From a virus (Duplodnaviria > Caudoviricetes): a DNA stretch of 64,000 nucleotides. A program made the translations under genes and the position numbers. Shown piece after piece: positions 1-10,218 of this stretch; the stretch's first letter is position 1; every line of letters begins with the position of its first letter. The notes under the pieces are model-generated. The model made no database searches, was not told the DNA's origin, and saw only the letters and a program-made list of their open reading frames with translations. The stretch covers positions 32,001 to 96,000 of IMG/VR virus record IMGVR_UViG_3300035520_000885. One strand, given 5' to 3'.

Positions 1-54
1 TATTTGGCACTTAAAGAAAAGTAAGGTGGAATTTACAAGCGTATTCAGAGAAAA

Positions 55-92
55 AAGAAAGTGATACAGATATTTCACTGTATCACTTTCTT
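55..92. terminator. Intrinsic terminator hairpin downstream of ppk1
   Basis: 15-bp inverted repeat AAGAAAGTGATACAG/CTGTATCACTTTCTT with an A-run on the left (U-tail for the minus strand). Confidence 0.75.
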
Positions 93-98
93 CTATGC

Positions 99-2126
99 TT
101 ATTTCTTGTCTCTCTTTGCAAACTTAACTTTCTTCTCAGTCATGTCTGCATTATCGACGAACCACTGATGACAATCAAACTCACCTTTCAATTTCTTATA
201 AGAGCCATCATCATCCATGCGGAAGGAATTTGCTCTATCCTCTTTAAAGACCTTGATGATATTTGCAAGCTTTCGAGTACACTCCTGCGTATTGATATTC
301 AGGAGAATCTCAATTCGTCTATCCAAATTTCTAGTCAGAAGATCTGCCGATGCAATATAATACTCCGGTTTATCATCATTCCTGAAATAATAGATTCTGG
401 AATGTTCCAAGAACCTACCAACAATGGACTTGACATACAGATTCTTCTTAGCCACAAGAGAACAGATTCCTCTACAGATGATATAGACTTCAACGCCTTT
501 ATCTGCAGCCTCATAGAGCTTGTTGATAATCTCTGGGTCATTGATGGAATTCAGCTTCAGGAATACTTCAGCTTTCTTTCCTTTCTTTGCATACCCAATC
601 TCGCGGTCGATATTCTTGATGATCTTCTTACGAAGATTTGTAGGAGCATAGAAAACTTTCTGTAACTTCTCATCCGGAGAAGATACACCAGAGAGAATAT
701 TGAAGATATTGATTAAATCTCCACCGACCTTTTGCCTAGAAGTGAAATACGAAATATCGGTATAGATTTTCGAGGTCTTCTCATTATAATTCCCAGTACC
801 AACATGGGAATACACAATGGAGCCTTTCTTCTCTGCTCTCACAACCAGACAGAGTTTACAATGAGTTTTCAACCACTCCTTTCCAAATACGAAATTCACT
901 CCAGCCCGTTTCAGCTTATCCAGGATTTCAATATTCTGTGCTTCATCATTTCTCGCTTTCAGCTCAATCAGAAGACAGACATTCTTTCCTTTCCTAGCTG
1001 CGATACAAAGAGCATCAATAATTGGAGAATCCTCAGACGATACCCTATAAAGAGTTTGCTTAATCGCAATCACCTTCGGGTCCACTGCTGCATGTTCAAT
1101 GAACTTGACTACCATGTCATAGGAGTCATACGGATGCTGAAGAATGATATCCTTCTCCTGAAGAGTTTGGAAGATATTACTCTTCTCCTCAATCGCATTA
1201 TACGGCACAGGAGTGAAATCAGGATAAGAATATCTCTCACTAAGATATCGTTGCTTACTGAATCTGCTATAATCAAGAACCTCCCCGCCCTCAAAAGAAT
1301 GACGGTTCTCGATATTCAAGACGTTGCAGATGATGTGACGCAGACGTTTCGGGAAATCTTTCTGGAACTCAAGGAAGAGTGGTTCAGATGTTGTTCTCTT
1401 ATCCACTGTGTCTCTCATCCGGTCTAAGAAATACGTTGTCTCGTTACCGTTGAAGAAGACACTTTCATCTTTGATGATTCTGAAATGGCCACAGCAGGAA
1501 ATTTCTTTATTCACAAAGAACTTCCCAATGCAATGCATGACGATATCTTCAATCATCACAAGTTTATTCCCGATTTTATACGCTGCGGTCAGATGTTTAT
1601 CAATCGGTACAAAAGTCAAGTTCTCAACCTGACCTTGTTTTACGATTGCGGCTACCACCGCTTGCCCATTCTTAAAAGTTGGGATTTCATTCGTGGAGCC
1701 TAAGCTGATGGGTGTGAGAACTGGAAAGATGATATTTGCAAATATCTTCTTAACGGTGGCTCTCTCCTTCTTATCCAAATCTCTGATTTTGGATACTTTC
1801 AGATTTGCAGCCTCCATCTCTTTTTTGATATCTTTAAAGATATCCACCTGGGCTTCCAAAGAATTCTTAATTTCATTCAAAATCTTCTTTGCCTCAGGAT
1901 TTTCTTCTGCGATTGCTCGAGGATATCGGATAGAGATAAACTCATCAAGATTGGACGACGTGATTCCTAAGAAATTCAGTCGTTCGTTCAAATAGAGTCC
2001 TTTATCACTTGCGCAATAAAGGACTCTATTGTTGAATGCCAACCAAGATAACTCTCTATCCACATACTTACCCTCGATTTTCACAGGTTCTTTCTTAGGT
2101 ACTTCAGTACGGGATTCGGATTTCAT
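99..2126 (-). CDS. ppk1: Polyphosphate kinase 1
   Basis: PPK1 motifs RELSWLAFNNRVL, SSNLDEF, HPYDS, IKQTLYR, ELKAR, KTHCK (phospho-His), GTGNYN, SIVGRFLEHSRIYYF, SADLLTRNLDRRIE. Confidence 0.96.
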   Translation of the reverse strand: MKSESRTEVPKKEPVKIEGKYVDRELSWLAFNNRVLYCASDKGLYLNERLNFLGITSSNLDEFISIRYPRAIAEENPEAKKILNEIKNSLEAQVDIFKDIKKEMEAANLKVSKIRDLDKKERATVKKIFANIIFPVLTPISLGSTNEIPTFKNGQAVVAAIVKQGQVENLTFVPIDKHLTAAYKIGNKLVMIEDIVMHCIGKFFVNKEISCCGHFRIIKDESVFFNGNETTYFLDRMRDTVDKRTTSEPLFLEFQKDFPKRLRHIICNVLNIENRHSFEGGEVLDYSRFSKQRYLSERYSYPDFTPVPYNAIEEKSNIFQTLQEKDIILQHPYDSYDMVVKFIEHAAVDPKVIAIKQTLYRVSSEDSPIIDALCIAARKGKNVCLLIELKARNDEAQNIEILDKLKRAGVNFVFGKEWLKTHCKLCLVVRAEKKGSIVYSHVGTGNYNEKTSKIYTDISYFTSRQKVGGDLINIFNILSGVSSPDEKLQKVFYAPTNLRKKIIKNIDREIGYAKKGKKAEVFLKLNSINDPEIINKLYEAADKGVEVYIICRGICSLVAKKNLYVKSIVGRFLEHSRIYYFRNDDKPEYYIASADLLTRNLDRRIEILLNINTQECTRKLANIIKVFKEDRANSFRMDDDGSYKKLKGEFDCHQWFVDNADMTEKKVKFAKRDKK

Positions 2127-2131
2127 TATGG

Positions 2132-2842
2132 TCAGTCCTCTCCATTGGATAATTTGTTATTCCTACTTGTATATACTACATCTTTGAAGAGAGGGTTGAT
2201 TGGATCATTTCCGTTGTCATTCACGGAAACCGTGAAATCAATTCCAAGCAACTCACACCAGATGCAGAAATTCTGGATAGACATCTTCGTGGTGCCAATT
2301 AAAGCACTCTTGATATTGGTCAATCCATACTTCTTAGGCATCCGATGCTTCAGACGGTTGATGTCGATTTGCTTAGAGATGATGACTTGCTTGATGATCT
2401 TCTTCAGAGGGTCATCGTCATCATTGATGATTGGGACAAAAACGCTGGTTGCAGCATTCATATCCCGAATAGCCTCGTCGTTGTAGAGAACCTCATCTCC
2501 CCGCGTACGGTCAACGATGCTATTGATACTCAGGTCATACATCTTCTCTACAGTGAATGCCTCCATAGTGAGAGGATTCAGAGAAGGGTGTAACTCAAGA
2601 GTCTCCTCCGAGATAGTATAAGAACCATTCTCGTCACTCTTACTGCTCTTATGAACATATAAAATCGGAACGTCATTGTGGGCAGGAGTCAAATCCTTCG
2701 AGCAGATGTAAATCTGCATATCTTTAGGGTTAATGTAACCCTTATTATCCAAGTAATTTCCTACCTGTCCAATGTATCCTTGGACAGAGTAGGTGCGATC
2801 TTTAAATTGAAGATAGCATGGAAATTGAATTTCCTCATTCAT
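2132..2842 (-). CDS. Hypothetical protein, possible C-terminal HTH-like domain
   Basis: Start moved to the ATG at 2842 behind GAGGAG; the C-terminal segment has HTH-like spacing only. Confidence 0.6.
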   Translation of the reverse strand: MNEEIQFPCYLQFKDRTYSVQGYIGQVGNYLDNKGYINPKDMQIYICSKDLTPAHNDVPILYVHKSSKSDENGSYTISEETLELHPSLNPLTMEAFTVEKMYDLSINSIVDRTRGDEVLYNDEAIRDMNAATSVFVPIINDDDDPLKKIIKQVIISKQIDINRLKHRMPKKYGLTNIKSALIGTTKMSIQNFCIWCELLGIDFTVSVNDNGNDPINPLFKDVVYTSRNNKLSNGED

Positions 2843-2856
2843 CTTTCTATCACTCC

Positions 2857-3417
2857 TCACTTTTCATCGGTAATGATCAGAGTTATATCCACAGGGATAA
2901 CATCAATCATGTCGAGGTCGACAATCTTATCTTCGTCACCCTCTTCCTCGATGCCCATGTCGATGTCTTTTCCATCGGCATCAATGAAACGCTTGATGAC
3001 GGTGGTGAAGCCAAAGATTTCTCTAAACATCGCGCAGAACGCAGACTTTTCTCTCTTGGACGCAAATTCATTGGAACCGATAACAAAAACGATTCCGTCC
3101 TTGGTGAAAAGCTTATCGTACGTATCGTACAGATACGACTGTCCCGCAAGCTGATTCAGATTCAGGATAGCGAGACGCATGACTTCACGAATGGTTTTTC
3201 CATTGGAGTCCTTAACGCAGAGAGCGATTCTCCCTGGTTTAGTTTCGGACTGGATGACGTTCCCCTCCTCAAACTCTTCAGCGATGCTCGGAGAAAGGTT
3301 TTCTTTACCAACGGTAAAGAGCTGTGCGAAGCGACCCTTGGTCACCGCACCACGCTTAATCAGATCTTCGAGAGACCCACTGGTCTCCAGGATTTTAACA
3401 AACTCAGGCTGAAACAT
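2857..3417 (-). CDS. Hypothetical protein
   Basis: 186-aa ORF with AGGAGG SD, in an operon with 2132-2842 and ppk1. Confidence 0.7.
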   Translation of the reverse strand: MFQPEFVKILETSGSLEDLIKRGAVTKGRFAQLFTVGKENLSPSIAEEFEEGNVIQSETKPGRIALCVKDSNGKTIREVMRLAILNLNQLAGQSYLYDTYDKLFTKDGIVFVIGSNEFASKREKSAFCAMFREIFGFTTVIKRFIDADGKDIDMGIEEEGDEDKIVDLDMIDVIPVDITLIITDEK

Positions 3418-3497
3418 AATAATTTACCTCCTATGTATCAAAGCAACTTTAAGAGTTGCAATGTGAATTAACTTGGTGTATAGTATTTTATTCATTC

Positions 3498-4010
3498 CTA
3501 TTCATCGGGAATTTCTCTTGGTTTAGGAAAAAATGTATTTCGGAATTTGGTATGAAATACAGCCAGTAAATTGATAGTGGATAGATGGTCTAATGCACCA
3601 TACTCACATCTTTTAAAATATGAGATTCTGGTTAAATACTCAATTGATTCCATATACTTATCCTTCAATTGGTGCTCAGACATTCTCTTCTTCAATTCAC
3701 CCACTTCGTTATCAATGTCATCACACATTGACATCATACCAGAATCCTCGTCTATGGTTGCGACTATCGTCACATTCTCGTCTTTCACATCTGTGGTGAG
3801 TGGAATATTGGAAAGCGCTTTCCTCATATTTAGAGTAGCAAACACTCCAAACTCCAACTCATCCATTTTTTCCTTCTTGACATAGAAGCATTCACGATTC
3901 CTCTGTCTCAGGAAATCATCCCTGAGCTCTTTGTTAATCGTGAATGCATACAAGTCTTTTCGAGTCTTCAGGTATATGAGATAGACCGTGATCATATCAA
4001 GCTCAATCAC
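3498..4010 (-). CDS. Hypothetical protein (paralog of 42945-43577)
   Basis: Shares N-terminal pattern VY..Y...LY..T..K.L...FL..R...F.V.K...D with 42945-43577. Confidence 0.7.
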   Translation of the reverse strand: MIELDMITVYLIYLKTRKDLYAFTINKELRDDFLRQRNRECFYVKKEKMDELEFGVFATLNMRKALSNIPLTTDVKDENVTIVATIDEDSGMMSMCDDIDNEVGELKKRMSEHQLKDKYMESIEYLTRISYFKRCEYGALDHLSTINLLAVFHTKFRNTFFPKPREIPDE

Positions 4011-4242
4011 CTAATAAGTCACCAAACTTTCCAGACTCAACCATCTCGATATATTTTTCCTTATCGAAGACTTTATCGCCATCGCCTGCACGTAGATGTT
4101 TGACGAGTTTCTTCACTTTCTTGACTGCATGTTCATACTCCTCTTTTGTCAGTCCTTCAATAATCACATAGGACTCGATGACGTTCAGATACGCTTCCAG
4201 ATTGTCTGCCATCGCATCCATGAGTTTACGATTGTACTCCAT
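4003..4242 (-). CDS. Hypothetical protein
   Basis: ATG at 4242 after GAGGAG; stop overlaps the next start. Confidence 0.65.
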   Translation of the reverse strand: MEYNRKLMDAMADNLEAYLNVIESYVIIEGLTKEEYEHAVKKVKKLVKHLRAGDGDKVFDKEKYIEMVESGKFGDLLGD

Positions 4243-4324
4243 ATGAATTACTCTCCTCTGCAAAAAATAAGCTAAATCTTTATTTTTAAAGCTCTAAATT
4301 ATAATATATTACTACGAATAAAAA

Positions 4325-4358
4325 TTGGCTCATGGTAAACTGTCTTACCATGAGCCAA
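4325..4358. terminator. Intrinsic terminator hairpin
   Basis: 14-bp inverted repeat TTGGCTCATGGTAA/TTACCATGAGCCAA just after the stop at 4363. Confidence 0.7.
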
Positions 4359-4362
4359 CTTG

Positions 4363-4959
4363 TTACCGACTCATGCAGACGATTTCGCAAGCATGATCGG
4401 ACAGATAATCACTATTGCATCTCGGGTCCAAATTGATGATTTCGAACTTCCCTTTGTATTCACGGGCTAACTGGGTATAGGAACGATAGAAAGTATCGAA
4501 GTTGTCACGCATAGCGATGTACGCTCTGACTTGAGGATACTTCTTCGCAGCCTCCTGAAGTTTCGTCTCATTGTAGACGTCGACTTCTTCAGGGCAGCGA
4601 GCAGCTAACTTTTGAAGATACACTTTCTTAGACTGCCAGACAGGACGATACATCAGAACGGTTACTCCTTTATCCAGGAACCCACGAATGAGAGCTTCGT
4701 GAGAAGGAATCAGGAATACGAGCTTTCCGTTGTTTCCATTCTTTCCGGCTTCTTTCTTGAGTCCCAGAATCTTCTTCTGATATAACTCAACCCAGTTCTC
4801 TCTGTTTTTATCAGTTGAAAGAATCTCCTGTCTAAAGATACTGCTCTCGCAGTCAATGAACCGATTCATTGTCGGGTTAGGGACGCAGCCATACTGCTGC
4901 ACATCTGCAAGATAAGATTTACCAAGGCAAGGCCACACGGAAACGATTTTTGTGTTCAT
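4363..4959 (-). CDS. P-loop (nucleotide-kinase-like) protein
   Basis: Start MNTKIV at 4959 after GAAAGGA; N-terminal VSVWPCLGKS followed by IDCESS matches the phage FPxxGKS...DxDSS pattern. Confidence 0.55.
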   Translation of the reverse strand: MNTKIVSVWPCLGKSYLADVQQYGCVPNPTMNRFIDCESSIFRQEILSTDKNRENWVELYQKKILGLKKEAGKNGNNGKLVFLIPSHEALIRGFLDKGVTVLMYRPVWQSKKVYLQKLAARCPEEVDVYNETKLQEAAKKYPQVRAYIAMRDNFDTFYRSYTQLAREYKGKFEIINLDPRCNSDYLSDHACEIVCMSR

Positions 4960-5151
4960 AAATAATTCATTCCTTTCATATAGTATCTCAGAGATTATTT
5001 TTATGTGAGAATTCATATACTTTTTTATTACATATAAATCTCCAAAATGGGGGTAAAAATGACTTGTGTAGAAACACAAGTCATTTTACCAAATGAGGAG
5101 GAATACCATATAAAAGGAAAGGAGAAAAGAAAGGAAATGAAAAAAGAACGC

Positions 5152-5799
5152 TTACTTCTTATGGAACACGCCCATAACTTTGCTGGCAATCTTGGACAGA
5201 ACGCCGGACTTACTCTTCTTGGCGCGAGCTAAATACTCTTTCACCTTCCGAGTGGCAGGACCATTGTACTTCTTACGAAGCTTGGCCTTAAGAATACGTT
5301 CCATTTTATAGACGGTTTCCAGTTTACGCCACAGAGGATCCTTGTGCTCACGAGCGCAAGCAGCAACGGCAACCTCATACAGCTGAGCCTTCTTCGCATG
5401 TTTATCGAACTTGATAATCGTGCGCTCAGTCAGCAGACCCTCGGCTTCGAGAATCATGGCATCGGTGGACTCGGCAAACTCTTTAATCTCTTCGTCATCC
5501 ATCTCATCTGCAATCAGCAGAGGAGTGGCAATCGCATTCATCGCGTCATCAACGCGCTGGTCTTCCTCAGGAGGCAGTTCATCGACAACCTCAGGCGCAG
5601 GAGTCACAGGAGGGACAGCGGGAGCAGGCTCATCACCACCGGCGGGAACTTCAGGATTGTCAATGTCACCACACTCTTCAGCGGGGGTGTTGGTATCCTT
5701 AGGAAGATCGGTATCTTCAATCCCATCGTCGGTAGCTTCAAATTTACTATTGACAGTGGAGGGCAGAGGCTCCCCAAGCAGTTTCTCAAACATAGACAT
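5152..5799 (-). CDS. Hypothetical protein, probably virion-associated (acidic Pro-rich N-half, basic helical C-half)
   Basis: ATG at 5799 after AGAAAGGA; late-type promoter upstream at 5856-5867. Confidence 0.65.
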   Translation of the reverse strand: MSMFEKLLGEPLPSTVNSKFEATDDGIEDTDLPKDTNTPAEECGDIDNPEVPAGGDEPAPAVPPVTPAPEVVDELPPEEDQRVDDAMNAIATPLLIADEMDDEEIKEFAESTDAMILEAEGLLTERTIIKFDKHAKKAQLYEVAVAACAREHKDPLWRKLETVYKMERILKAKLRKKYNGPATRKVKEYLARAKKSKSGVLSKIASKVMGVFHKK

Positions 5800-5855
5800 A
5801 GTTGATAAACCATCCTTTCTTAATATGAATTGCATGATTTAAATCTCATATCAAT

Positions 5856-5867
5856 TAACTTAATGTT
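5856..5867 (-). promoter_or_regulatory. Late-type promoter AACA-N6-TA
   Basis: Minus strand AACA-TTAAGT-TA, intergenic. Confidence 0.6.
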
Positions 5868-5942
5868 TTATTAGGAAAAACTAATATCTATATTGATTTT
5901 TACTTTTTGATAAGAAAATTATGAAAGGAGAGAGTCTTTTTT

Positions 5943-8900
5943 ATGGCTGGAGTGAAAATAGACAAAGATTACGCTGTGGAGCACAGCCTATTTTTATCAG
6001 AGTGGAAAGCTCAAATGACAGAAACTCTCTTACGCATGCATCCTGATTGGGATGAAGGACTTATTGAAGAAACTCTCAATGAAGAGATTCGAAATAAAAT
6101 AATGGTTCCGATGGTGGAACTTGATAACAACTTTACAGGAGAGAGAAGACAATCCAATCTTCTGTCCGTATTCGACTGGTCACTAAAGAGAAAGCCAATC
6201 GTAGCGGGAAATGGTACTTTCTACAAGAATCAGCATGAAGCGGTTAATCCTATCGCAGACATGCTTGATGGATTTTTGTCAGAACGTAAAGCGATTAAAA
6301 GACGCATGTTCGACGTTGATGATCCAAATTCAGACCTCTACAAAGATCTGGATCGTGGTTAATTTTGCTGGCCACGTAACCTCTTTAATTGCGGGGACTT
6401 ATCATAATACACAATTACTAAGCTATCATAGCGATATGATAGTGGCGACGGGTAACTCCGAAGGTATAGTAACAAGATTGCGTATGGTATAATCCGCAGC
6501 CAAGACTCTCTACGAGAGTAAGGTTCAACGACTAGGGAAAGGCTATCTATAGATAGAACCGAGTAGGTCCAATCATAGGACGAAATGTAGGTGAGATAAT
6601 ATCAAGAATCCGAAGTGGGGGGCACTTTACAAGTGAAGATATAGTCTACAAGTATTAGGTTTTTTGCAGCAAAACCAAAAAATCCTTGCTAACTCCTATT
6701 ATGGAGCTAGCGGAATGCCACTGTCGGCATTCTATTCTCGATGGTCTGGACCTGCAGTTACAGGTACTGCTCAGAGCATCATTTCTACAACTAAAACCTT
6801 CTTTGAAGGTTTTCTGATGAATAACTACAAGTTCATAGATACAAATGAATGCTTTCATTTTATGAATCTTGTGCTAGAGCAGGACTATGAATTACCTTCG
6901 TGGATAGTTCCTGTGAGTGAGGATGAACTCTATGACCATATCGTCGATTTGTTCATGGATGAAGACCTCAAAGAAAAGAGTCGGAAATTCGTTCGTAAGT
7001 ATGTTAGGAATCTGAATGAGGAAGAGAGAACAAGAATCTTCTATAAGAATCAGATGATGGAATTTACACGGAGGCATCCTCATATCATACGTCTGTATGA
7101 AGACTTGTTTGCGGCAGTTAAAAATTACCCACTTGCGGATAAGGAAGAAGATATTCCTATATCCATGGCTGGTGATTTTACGGGAGAGCCAAAAGAACGA
7201 GTTAAGGCGTACAATGCGTTTGTGAATAAGGAAGGGTTCATCAATCCAAACGATCCTCCTGACTCCATTATCAATATTCTAAAAGAATTGAATGGATACT
7301 ATTCTACCTGTGTCTATATGCCATTCATGGCACTTGACAGAATTTATAGATTGAAGTATTTTTATAGAAAGACCGTTTGTATTGTGGATACTGACTCTAA
7401 TATTCTGGCGCTCGATCCATGGGTAGAGTTCTTTGAGGATGAAGTTCTACAAGGAAAGACGTATGGGAGAACCGATGAAGAAAACCACTTCATCATGGTC
7501 AATAGTCTTGCGTATTTCATCACCTCTGCAGTGTCTGATACATTGGATCAATATGGTAGACACTCCAATATACCTGACGAGTTTAGACCCCGTTTTAATA
7601 TGAAGAATGAGTTTGAAGTAAAGCTCATTAAAAACTTTTCTAATTGCGGGAAACTCTTGATAGACTATATATACCAAACTATAGTAGCAATATTATGGTG
7701 GCAATGGGTAATTCCAAAGGTATGGTAAAAAGTATATAGGTAAAGACAATCCGCAGCCAAGACTCAAAAATTGATTTAAATTCCTACAATATGAAAAATG
7801 AATACAGGAGGAATTTAAATGAAATTCAAAATTATACTTACTGAAAATGGCGAAAAAACTCACTATAAGATTAGTGACACAGGTATCGTTATTGATACAA
7901 ATACGGATACTATTGTGGAGCCATATGTATCACAAACCCGAAAATATAAAGGGGAAACTCTAAAAACGAAATCCCGATATTATGTCATAATTGAATATCC
8001 CGATGGAGAGAAGCATAGAAAGCAGCTAGCGAGATGGATGATGTTATCATTTCACTTTAGGAAAAAATCGGCCAAATACCAAGTTAATCATAAAGATGGT
8101 GACCCATCCAATAATAATTTATATAATCTTGAGTGGGTAACCAGACAAGAAAATATGAAACATGCTGCAGATAGCGATCTTCTTCCATATGGAGAGAATC
8201 ATCATAACTCAAAATACTCTGATGATTTGATTCACTCTATTTGTAAAGATATATCTGCAAAGAAGAGTAGGAAGTCAATAATAAAGAAGTACGGGGTGAA
8301 TGGGCAGCTTATTGATGACATTAGATCTGGGAGATCTCATAAGAAAATCAGTAAGCAGTATATAGATAAAGGGTTTGTGTATAAAAGTTTTGATAAGACA
8401 GAGTCTATCAAGACTGCTAAAAAAATTTGTAAGCTAATTGAGAAAGGCCTTACTAATAATGAAATTGTGCTACGTTTGGGATTGGAAAACGTGTGTCTTC
8501 CAAATGATATACGAAAGCATAGAGTGTATAAGTATATTAGTAAGGACTATAATTTTTGAGTAAGGTTCAACGACTAGGGAAAGGCTGTCTAGAAATAGAT
8601 AGAACTGAGTAGACCCAATTATAGGGTGAAATGTAGGTGAGATAATATCAATAATCCGAAATGGAAAGTATTGCATTTTTTGCAATAAAGATATAGTCTG
8701 TCCTCTATGGAGACATAGAGGTTTTAAAATACGTTTATTTCGACAAACTGGTTATTGGTAAGAAAAAGAAGCGTTACATTTCTCGTATTAAGCTTCGTGA
8801 AGGTAACCGAATGAAACCGTATAAGCCAGACGTAAAGGGCTTCGATTTTATGAAAGCTACTACTTCTCAGGCGGCAAAAGATTACTTCGATGTAATCGTA

Positions 8901-9470
8901 AAGAATAGAATTCTTGAGACCGACCTCCCTGATGTTGCTGGAATTGTCCATGATGTCAGAGAATTTGAGGGAATTCTATACGATAGTATCGACAAAGGTG
9001 AGACCAAGTATCTTCCTTTGGGAAATGCAAAAGAATTGGAAGCATATAAAAATCCGTATTCACAGCAAGGCGTTCGCGGTGCTATGGCATGGAATCTTAT
9101 TTATCCCGATAGAGCTATCCAATTTCCCTCTAAGGTAAGTATGCTGAAGCTGAATATCTTCACTCCTGAAGATGCACTCCCTCTACGTGATGAATATCCC
9201 GAGGTATATGAAACTATCATGACAGGAATCTTCGGTTCTTATATCAAAGAGGTTGCTGAAAAAGGAGTTCAGATTATCTCGATTCCCAGTGGGTATGATA
9301 TTCCGATGTGGTGTCGTCCGTTCATTGACAGACAGACCGTTGTGAATAATATCCTGGGCCAGTTCAAAGGTGTTCTGGATACTTTTGGAATCCAATCTCC
9401 TGAGATTGGCAAGAGTATGAAAACTGTCAATCGCAAGACTAAGAAGTTTACAAATGTGGTGCGGTTCTAA
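5943..9470 (+). CDS. Family B DNA polymerase, polymerase-domain subunit (phiKZ/AR9 split type); exons 5943-6359, 6667-7612, 8734-9470, 699 aa spliced
   Basis: Splicing restores DLDRG|QQNQKILANSYYG (motif B KxxxNSxYG), keeps VDTDS (motif C) and gives KNEF-YFDKLVIGKKKKRY; exon lengths sum to 2100 nt. Confidence 0.93.
6360..6666 (+). mobile_element. Group I intron 1 (ORF-less, 307 nt) in DNA polymerase
   Basis: P1 CGTGGT/GCCACG with U.G at the 5' splice site; P10 TTTTGCTG/CAGCAAAA; core elements AATCCGCAGC, GTTCAACGACTA, AAGATATAGTCT; terminal G at 6666. Confidence 0.92.
7613..8733 (+). mobile_element. Group I intron 2 (1121 nt) with HNH endonuclease in L6
   Basis: P1 AATGAGT/GCTCATT; P10 TTGAAGTAAA/TTTATTTCGA; same core motifs as intron 1; terminal G at 8733; restores a TTT codon in frame. 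Confidence 0.92.
7819..8559 (+). CDS. Intron-encoded HNH homing endonuclease
   Basis: VNHKDGDPSNNNLYNLEWVTRQENMKHA (HNH_3 type) and two C-terminal repeats of the form DIR...K.IS..Y. Confidence 0.9.
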   Translation: MKFKIILTENGEKTHYKISDTGIVIDTNTDTIVEPYVSQTRKYKGETLKTKSRYYVIIEYPDGEKHRKQLARWMMLSFHFRKKSAKYQVNHKDGDPSNNNLYNLEWVTRQENMKHAADSDLLPYGENHHNSKYSDDLIHSICKDISAKKSRKSIIKKYGVNGQLIDDIRSGRSHKKISKQYIDKGFVYKSFDKTESIKTAKKICKLIEKGLTNNEIVLRLGLENVCLPNDIRKHRVYKYISKDYNF

Positions 9471-9517
9471 GCCGCACCACCACTCTTAAATAAACTTATG
9501 GAAGGAGCACGTAAATA

Positions 9518-9730
9518 ATGGACGAGAATATTCCTATGCAGCTTCATCTTATAAGAGAAAATGATGAGGTTGACGTTTTATTATTGCCCTATAAGGATGG
9601 ACGTGGGTGGTCTTATGTGAATTTGACCAATCCCCATATTTGTAGCTGTGTATTTCCTGACAAGATTTCGGCGCTGAATGACTTGAATAATCATGAAATT
9701 CACGGTTATAGCACGAAGAATCTAATCTAA
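9518..9730 (+). CDS. Hypothetical protein
   Basis: 70 aa, GAAGGAG SD. Confidence 0.55.
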   Translation: MDENIPMQLHLIRENDEVDVLLLPYKDGRGWSYVNLTNPHICSCVFPDKISALNDLNNHEIHGYSTKNLI

Positions 9731-9745
9731 TGGGAGGAAAACTCT

Positions 9746-10201
9746 ATGGAGGTACGACCCGTTAAAATTGTGACATCGTTTTATCCGGCTATGATTATGC
9801 AAAGCGGACGATACATCGACCTTTGTACATACACCGATATGATGGATGAATGTAACCAATGTCTCGCAACAACAAAAGAAGTTCCTCTTCTATTAGACAT
9901 TGGAGATGGAAAGGCTGATGAACTTTTAAAAGCAAATGATATGAGTGAAATCAAAAAATTTGCTATCGGAAGAGTCACTAAGATTGATTTAGGATTTATA
10001 GAAGCCATTCTCTCAGTAGACCCAGAGAATTTCAAAGGGAATACAAGAGAATATATCAGAATAGCTTCTAGGGCACTGAAGTTAATCTCCAGCAACAAGT
10101 ATTTTGCAAATATCAAGTTTCCTGGAGAATATGACTGGGATTGTATGATTGAGAATGTCGATCCTAAGTTTTTCTATCTGACGGACATTAAAATGTGGTG
10201 A
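9746..10201 (+). CDS. Hypothetical protein
   Basis: 151 aa, GGGAGG SD. Confidence 0.65.
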   Translation: MEVRPVKIVTSFYPAMIMQSGRYIDLCTYTDMMDECNQCLATTKEVPLLLDIGDGKADELLKANDMSEIKKFAIGRVTKIDLGFIEAILSVDPENFKGNTREYIRIASRALKLISSNKYFANIKFPGEYDWDCMIENVDPKFFYLTDIKMW

Positions 10202-10218
10202 AGAAAGGATGATTCAAC

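Noticed and set aside
5943-9470. Pseudogene or stop-codon-recoding explanation for the fragmented polymerase and RNAP genes
   Set aside because: Breaks coincide with group I intron cores, splicing restores frame and motifs exactly, and other genes are intact in code 11 with TAA, TAG and TGA stops
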